From Pseudomonadota bacterium (GTDB taxonomy: Bacteria > Pseudomonadota > Alphaproteobacteria > Caulobacterales > Caulobacteraceae), in assembly GCA_019348195.1 (NCBI GenBank), contig JAHWJX010000001.1, forward strand, positions 36,091-100,090: a DNA stretch of 64,000 bases. The letters are read 5' to 3'. Shown here one piece after another: positions 58,979-64,000 of this stretch. A program made the translations under genes and the position numbers. The notes below the pieces were generated by a model. The model worked only from the letters and a program-made list of their open reading frames with translations. It was not told the DNA's origin and did no database searches. Positions within the stretch are counted from its first letter, which is position 1, and each line of letters begins with the position of its first letter.

Positions 58979-59464
58979 TTAGCGGCAAGGCGCGATGCGC
59001 AAACCGCCGGGCAGGGCGGTGGCGGCGTCCCCGCAGGCGCCGTTCAGCTGGGCCTGGGTCAGGCCGCCCGCGCCGGCCAGCTCCGCGCCGGAGAAGTTGG
59101 CCCCGGCGAGCTTGGCGCCGCGCAGGTTCGCGCCGCCGAAGTGCGCGCCCACCCACGAGGAGTTGGTCAGGTCGGCCCCGGAGAAGTTGGCGGAAGAGAA
59201 CACGCCCGCAAAGGCGTTCACGTCGCGCAGATCCGCACCGGCGAAGTTGGCTCGACCGAGAACGGCCATGGACATGTTGGACTGCCGCAAGCGCGCGCGG
59301 GCGTAGTTACGGCCGTTCAACTCCACGCCCGACAGGTCGGCCTGGAAGAGGTTGCAGCCGGGGCAGTTGGCGCCGGCCTTGGCCTGGGCGATCTGGCCCG
59401 CGCTTTGGGCCAGGGCGGGGGAGGCGAGTGCGGCCAGAGCCGCGGCGATCAGGATCGGTTTCAT
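58979..59464 (-). CDS. secreted pentapeptide-repeat protein (short paralog)
   Basis: Signal peptide MKPILIAAALAALASPALAQ. Pentapeptide repeats (ANFSGADLTNSSWVGAHFGGANLRGAKLAGANFSGAEL). Confidence 0.85.
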   Translation of the reverse strand: MKPILIAAALAALASPALAQSAGQIAQAKAGANCPGCNLFQADLSGVELNGRNYARARLRQSNMSMAVLGRANFAGADLRDVNAFAGVFSSANFSGADLTNSSWVGAHFGGANLRGAKLAGANFSGAELAGAGGLTQAQLNGACGDAATALPGGLRIAPCR

Positions 59465-59594
59465 TTCGGGACGGCCTTGTGGGGTTCCTCCCTCTCTGAT
59501 CGCAAGTTGCACGCCAGGGGCGAACCGGCCCGCGCTGGACGGCTCGGCAGGGCGGGGCGTATAGCTGAAGGCGCAGAAGCCTACGGGTCACCCC

Positions 59595-59987
59595 TTGCTC
59601 GAGAAGATCTTCACCTGGTGGAACGGCGCCACGATCGGCACCCTGTTCACCGTCAAGCGCCGGGGCTCCCAAGTGGGAGCCGACAGCTTCGGCAATCGCT
59701 ATTTCGAATCGCGCGACCACAAGAGCTACGACGGGCGCAAGCGCCGGTGGGTCCTTTACAACGGCTATGTGGATGCTTCCAAGGTGCCGGCCGAGTGGTT
59801 CGGCTGGCTGCACTATTCCGTCGACGAGGCCCCTACGGAACAGAACACGCCCCGCCGCTCCTGGATGAAGGCCCATGTGCCGAACCTGAGCGGGACCCCC
59901 TTCGCCTGGCGCCCGCGAGGCTCCATCGCCCGCGGCGGGCAGCGTGCCTCGGCCTCCGGCGACTATCAGGCCTGGAAGCCGGACTAG
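59595..59987 (+). CDS. NDUFA12-like (NADH:ubiquinone oxidoreductase subunit 17.2 kDa family) protein
   Basis: FTWWNGATIGTLFTVKRRG..VGADSFGNRYFES..RRWVLYNG..DASKVPAEWFGWLHY. Confidence 0.85.
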   Translation: MLEKIFTWWNGATIGTLFTVKRRGSQVGADSFGNRYFESRDHKSYDGRKRRWVLYNGYVDASKVPAEWFGWLHYSVDEAPTEQNTPRRSWMKAHVPNLSGTPFAWRPRGSIARGGQRASASGDYQAWKPD

Positions 59988-59992
59988 GCGCA

Positions 59993-60490
59993 ATGCGGCG
60001 CGAGCACCTGATGGAGACGGTGGTCGGGGCCGCGGTCCTGTTCGCCGCCGCGGGATTCCTCACCTATGCGCTCGGGGCCGCCAGAGGCGCCGGCGACCGC
60101 GACGGCTACGCCTTGTCGGCCCGCTTCGGTCAGGTCGGCGGCCTGGCTCCCGGGGCCGACGTCCGAGTGGCCGGCGTCAAGGTCGGCTCCGTCTCCACTG
60201 TGGAACTCGAGCCGCAGACCTATTTCGCCGTAGCCCGGCTGAGGTTGCACCAGAGCGTGAAGCTGCCCGCAGACTCGACCGCCAAGATCAGCTCTGACGG
60301 CTTGCTCGGGGGCGCCCACGTGTCCGTGGAACCGGGCGGGGCGACCGAGCTGTTGCCTCCTGGCGGAGAAATCACCAACACCCAGGGGGCGGTGGACATC
60401 TTCGGCATGATCGGTGGGGCCTTGCGCCCGCCCGCCGCAGGACAGACCTCCACCCCAGACGCCTCCACCGCCGCTGCGGAGCCCGAGTAG
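59993..60490 (+). CDS. mlaD: outer membrane lipid asymmetry maintenance protein MlaD (MCE domain)
   Basis: N-terminal TM METVVGAAVLFAAAGFL. MCE core YALSARFGQVGGLAPGADVRVAGVKVGSVSTVEL. The ORF-track extension back to 59141 is rejected. Confidence 0.85.
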   Translation: MRREHLMETVVGAAVLFAAAGFLTYALGAARGAGDRDGYALSARFGQVGGLAPGADVRVAGVKVGSVSTVELEPQTYFAVARLRLHQSVKLPADSTAKISSDGLLGGAHVSVEPGGATELLPPGGEITNTQGAVDIFGMIGGALRPPAAGQTSTPDASTAAAEPE

Positions 60491-60491
60491 A

Positions 60492-61232
60492 ATGCGCGTG
60501 AACCCGCTGACCGCCGGCCTCCTGGCCGCCGCCCTGGCCGCCGCGGGCGCGGGGCTTGTGACCGCGCAGGAATCAGAGCTGCCGCCCATTCCCACCCCTC
60601 CGGAGGAGAGCGCGGCCGAGCCCACGCCGCCCGTCGCATCCACCCCGCCCGCCTCTCCGGCCGAGGGCGGATCGGCGCCGCCCCGAGGCATCCCCGACCC
60701 GGCGCCCTATACGGTGCTGGGCCCCGAGTCCCGACGCGTCCAGGCCGAGGCGCCGTCAGCTCCCCCTACCTTGGAGGAGGTTCTGCCCGAGGTCGTCGAG
60801 CCCCCCATCGTCGAACCCGGCCCCCCTCCGCCTTTGCCGCGCCGTCCGCGCCACCCCGGCGCCATCGTTCAGGCTCTGGACAAGGTCACGGCCGAGACCC
60901 TTCGCTTCGAGGTCGCGGCGGGCCAGCCCGTGCGCTGGAAGTCCCTCGTGTTCCGCGCGAACGCCTGCGAGACCGAGGCGATCAACGAACCGCTGAAGGA
61001 GGCCTCGGCGCATTTGATCGTCACCTCGGAGCCGGCGGCCAAGCCCGGCCGCGCCGCGCCAGACCCCGCCCAGGTGTTCCGTGGCTGGATGTTCGCTTCC
61101 TCGCCCGGTCTGAATCCCTTCGAGCACCCGGCCTATGACGTGTGGCTGGTGGGCTGCCGGGTACCGGTCGCACCGGCGCCCGCGCCTCTCCCGGGCGCCG
61201 CGCCCGCTCCGGCCGCCGCTCCCGCGGCCTGA
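60492..61232 (+). CDS. DUF2155 domain protein with a Pro-rich N-terminal region
   Basis: Signal peptide MRVNPLTAGLLAAALAAAGAGLVTAQ. Core ALDKVTAETLRFEVAAGQPVRWKSLVFRANACE..VFRGWMFASSPGLNPFEHPAYDVWLVGC. Confidence 0.8.
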   Translation: MRVNPLTAGLLAAALAAAGAGLVTAQESELPPIPTPPEESAAEPTPPVASTPPASPAEGGSAPPRGIPDPAPYTVLGPESRRVQAEAPSAPPTLEEVLPEVVEPPIVEPGPPPPLPRRPRHPGAIVQALDKVTAETLRFEVAAGQPVRWKSLVFRANACETEAINEPLKEASAHLIVTSEPAAKPGRAAPDPAQVFRGWMFASSPGLNPFEHPAYDVWLVGCRVPVAPAPAPLPGAAPAPAAAPAA

Positions 61233-61235
61233 CTC

Positions 61236-61889
61236 TCAGGCCGGCCGCCGGATCGTCTCCAGGACCGTCGCTCCGTCCGCGGAGGGCGGGAACAGGTAGA
61301 AGTCGCCGTCGCTGTCCAGCGCCACATCGAGCCGGCGGTGGTACTCGGCCCGGCCGATCTCCTCCGCGCCGAACTGGGCCAGGTGCTCCGTCATGAACTG
61401 GGTGTCGAGCAAGCGGTAGCCGCCGAAGCGGAGCCGCGCGACCAGATGCACCAGCGCCGTCTTGCTGGCGTCCCGCGTGGTGCTGAACATGCTCTCGCCG
61501 AAGAAGGCGGCTCCCATGGCGACGCCGTAGAGCCCGCCCACCAGCACGCCCTCGCGCCAGCATTCGACGCTGTGCGCCAGTCCCGCGCTGAACAGCCGGT
61601 TGTAGAGCCCCTGGATCGGGCGATTGATCCAGGTGTCCTCCGCATAGCTGCGTTCGGCCGCGCAGGCCTCCAGCACCTGCGGAAAGGCTGTATCGATGCG
61701 AACCTGGAACACCTCGCTTCGCACCGTGCGGGCCAGCCGCTTGGGGACGTGGAAGCGCTCATCCAGCGGAAGCACCCCGCGCCGCTCGGGATCGACGAGG
61801 AACACTCGGTCGTCCTCCCGGCTGTCGGCCATGGGAAAGACGCCGCGGGCGTAGCACTGGACCAGGTCGCGCCAGGTGAAGGCCGTCAC
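61236..61889 (-). CDS. aat: leucyl/phenylalanyl-tRNA--protein transferase
   Basis: [49 protein letters not shown]. Confidence 0.92.
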   Translation of the reverse strand: MTAFTWRDLVQCYARGVFPMADSREDDRVFLVDPERRGVLPLDERFHVPKRLARTVRSEVFQVRIDTAFPQVLEACAAERSYAEDTWINRPIQGLYNRLFSAGLAHSVECWREGVLVGGLYGVAMGAAFFGESMFSTTRDASKTALVHLVARLRFGGYRLLDTQFMTEHLAQFGAEEIGRAEYHRRLDVALDSDGDFYLFPPSADGATVLETIRRPA

Positions 61890-61916
61890 GGCCGGCGTCT
61901 CACGACCTGGGCGGCC

Positions 61917-63275
61917 CTAGGCGGCGGATTGCGCGGCCATCCACTGCTCCAGCCAGTGGATGTGGTAATCGCCGGCCTGGACGTCCGGCTCCCTGAGCAG
62001 CTCCTGGAAGAGCGGGATGGTGGTGTCGATCCCGCCCACGACCATCTCGCCGAGCGCCCGACGGAGCCGCGCGACGGCTTCCGGCCGGTCACGCCCGTGC
62101 ACGATCAACTTGCCCGCAAGACTGTCGTAATAGGGCGGGATCACGTAGCCGGCGTAGAGCGCGCTGTCCAAACGTACGCCCAGCCCGCCCGGCGCGTGGA
62201 AGTCCGTGACCAGACCCGGCGAGGGCGTGAAGGTGCGCGGGTTCTCCGCATTGATTCGCGCTTCGATAGAGTGCCCGCGGAAGACGATGTCCTCCTGGGT
62301 GAAGGAGAGCGGCAAGCCCGCGGCGACGCGGATCTGCTCGCGGATCAGGTCCACGTCCGTGATCATCTCCGTCACGGGGTGCTCGACCTGGATGCGCGTG
62401 TTCATCTCAATAAAGAAGAATTGGCCGTCCTCGTAAAGGAACTCGATCGTGCCCACGCCGAGGTAGCCGATCTTGCGGATGGCCTCGACCACCACCGAGC
62501 CGATGCGCGCGCGAGCTTCGGCGTCGATGGCGGGGGAGGGCGCTTCCTCCAGCACCTTCTGATGGCGCCGCTGCAGCGAGCAGTCCCGCTCGCCCAGATG
62601 CACCACATGGCCGTGGCTGTCGGCCACCACCTGGATCTCGATGTGACGAGGCTTCTGGAGATAGCGTTCCATGTAAACCGTGCCGTCGCCAAAGGCCGCG
62701 GCGGCTTCGCTCTGCGCGGTGGAGACCGCCTCGGCCAGCGCCTCGGGACTCCTGGCCACCTTCATCCCGCGCCCGCCGCCGCCGGAGGCAGCCTTGATCA
62801 GCACCGGGAACCCGATCGCCTGGGCGGCCGCCATGGCCTCCTCGGGCGTGAAAACCCCGCCGTCGCTACCCGGCACCACGGGGATGCCCGCATCCCGCGC
62901 GGTCTGCTTGGCCGTGATCTTGTCGCCCATGATCCGGATGTGCTCCGGCCGGGGACCGATGAAGGTGTAGCCGTGCGCTTCCACGATCTCGGCGAACCGC
63001 GCGTTCTCGCTCAGGAAGCCGTAGCCGGGATGGATCGCCTGGGCCCCGGTGATCTCCGCCGCCGCGATGATGGAAGGGATGTTGAGATAGCTCTTGGCCG
63101 CGGGCGCCGGACCGATGCAGACGCTCTCGTCGGCCATGCGCACATGCATGGCGCTGCGATCGGCCTCCGAATGCACCGCCACCGTACCGATCCCCATCTC
63201 GCGGCAGGCGCGCAGCACGCGCAGCGCGATCTCGCCCCGGTTGGCGATCAAGACCTTGTCGAACAGCTCGCTCAC
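61917..63275 (-). CDS. accC: acetyl-CoA carboxylase biotin carboxylase subunit
   Basis: [23 protein letters not shown]-grasp [23 protein letters not shown]. Confidence 0.96.
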   Translation of the reverse strand: MSELFDKVLIANRGEIALRVLRACREMGIGTVAVHSEADRSAMHVRMADESVCIGPAPAAKSYLNIPSIIAAAEITGAQAIHPGYGFLSENARFAEIVEAHGYTFIGPRPEHIRIMGDKITAKQTARDAGIPVVPGSDGGVFTPEEAMAAAQAIGFPVLIKAASGGGGRGMKVARSPEALAEAVSTAQSEAAAAFGDGTVYMERYLQKPRHIEIQVVADSHGHVVHLGERDCSLQRRHQKVLEEAPSPAIDAEARARIGSVVVEAIRKIGYLGVGTIEFLYEDGQFFFIEMNTRIQVEHPVTEMITDVDLIREQIRVAAGLPLSFTQEDIVFRGHSIEARINAENPRTFTPSPGLVTDFHAPGGLGVRLDSALYAGYVIPPYYDSLAGKLIVHGRDRPEAVARLRRALGEMVVGGIDTTIPLFQELLREPDVQAGDYHIHWLEQWMAAQSAA

Positions 63276-63760
63276 TCGATGATCACCAGGGGGGCGCCGA
63301 ACTCCACCGGCTGCTCGTTCTCAACAAGGACCTCGACCACGGTGCCGGCCTTGGGCGCCGGGATGGGATTCATCGTCTTCATGGCTTCGATGATGAGCAA
63401 GGTCTGCCCTGCGGTGACCTTGTCCCCGGGCTGAACAAGTGCGTCGGCCTCGGGGCTCGAGGCGAGATAAACCGTGCCCACCATGGGTGATTTCACAGCG
63501 TCGCCGCGCGTGGCCAGGGGCGCCGCTGCGGGTTCGATCGCAGCTGTGGGTGTAACGGGCGCCGGGGCCGGCGCCGCCGGGGCGAGATAGGTCGCCGGCG
63601 CAGCCGAGGCCGGCGCGCCCGTGAGCTCGCGCGCAACCCGCACGCGCAGATCGCCCCGTTCCACCTCGATCTCGGTCAGGCCCGTGTCCTGGAGGATGTC
63701 CGCCAGGCGGCGCACCAGGCGCGTGTCGATGGGATCGGTCCCGTTCTTTGCGGCGGCCAT
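63272..63760 (-). CDS. accB: acetyl-CoA carboxylase biotin carboxyl carrier protein
   Basis: Ala/Pro linker then the biotinyl-lysine motif [14 protein letters not shown] 63760 is preceded by aagga. The start at 63790 would overlap aroQ. Confidence 0.92.
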   Translation of the reverse strand: MAAAKNGTDPIDTRLVRRLADILQDTGLTEIEVERGDLRVRVARELTGAPASAAPATYLAPAAPAPAPVTPTAAIEPAAAPLATRGDAVKSPMVGTVYLASSPEADALVQPGDKVTAGQTLLIIEAMKTMNPIPAPKAGTVVEVLVENEQPVEFGAPLVIIE

Positions 63761-63786
63761 TGTTGGTCCTTGGTCTTGGCCGGAGG

Positions 63787-64000
63787 TCACGTGCAGGCGA
63801 GCTTCACGGCGGCGTCGAGGGCGAGCGTGTAGCTCAATGCGCCGAAACCGGAAACTGTGCCGCGGGCCGCCTCGGCCACATAGGAGCGGCGGCGATAGGG
63901 CTCGCGCGCGGCCGGGTTGGACAGATGCACCTCGATCACGGGAATGCTCAGGGTTCGCAGAGCGTCCAGGAGGGCGATGGAGGTATGGGTGTAACCAGCG
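63787..64000 (-). CDS. aroQ: type II 3-dehydroquinate dehydratase; 3' part only, with the 5' end outside the window
   Basis: My own translation of the minus strand: [61 protein letters not shown]-stop. Classic aroQ-accB-accC order. Confidence 0.9.
   Translation of the reverse strand, partial: AGYTHTSIALLDALRTLSIPVIEVHLSNPAAREPYRRRSYVAEAARGTVSGFGALSYTLALDAAVKLACT

Noticed and set aside
61338-63434. 698-aa ORF on the plus strand
   Set aside because: It is antisense to aat and accC, which are clearly genuine.
1-64000. Screen for mobile or defence content: integrases, transposases, phage genes, CRISPR-Cas, restriction-modification, toxin-antitoxin pairs
   Set aside because: Every ORF of meaningful length is accounted for by housekeeping or envelope functions, and none shows motifs of these classes. 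The unexplained gaps are all under 350 bp.

Overview
Very GC-rich window (third codon positions almost all G/C). Its content and gene order fit the chromosome backbone of an alphaproteobacterium, possibly Caulobacterales-like; that assignment is inference from gene order and protein sequences, not a search. I call about 63 protein-coding loci. Most are conserved housekeeping genes, tightly packed and often translationally coupled through ATGA, GTGA or TGATG overlaps.

Left to right:
- 1-7.1 kb: a Wzx/Wzy-type polysaccharide locus containing a decayed epimerase gene.
- An amino-acid permease, then hrpB and two RNA methyltransferases.
- A three-gene ECF sigma module.
- yfgM-like, bamB, der.
- An SDR gene, a TonB-dependent receptor, then purF-cvpA-radA-mlaFE-alr-dnaB.
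- rpsF-rpsR-rplI.
- fabD-(rhomboid)-fabG-acpP-fabF-mltG-gmk.
- rsmA-pdxA-surA-lptD-lptG-lptF.
- pepA-holC-I78 lipoprotein-ndk.
- purN-purM, rnd, ppx-ppk, hdaA, aspS.
- A small DUF3008-like ORF and two secreted pentapeptide-repeat proteins.
- NDUFA12-like-mlaD-DUF2155.
- aat, accC-accB-aroQ.

I found no rRNA, tRNA, CRISPR array, IS element, integrase, prophage, toxin-antitoxin, restriction-modification or recognisable defence genes. I do not see a convincing novel multi-gene system.

The items most worth a second look:
- Three independently damaged accessory genes (epimerase, rhomboid, DUF3008-like) among roughly 55 intact core genes.
- A rhomboid-family gene embedded in the fab operon.
- A pair of Sec-exported pentapeptide-repeat paralogs with conserved Cys caps.
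- A DUF6249-like/ECF sigma/small membrane protein module.
- REP-like inverted repeats.

The many long ORFs antisense to these genes are GC-driven artefacts. Start codons marked as alternatives are uncertain.
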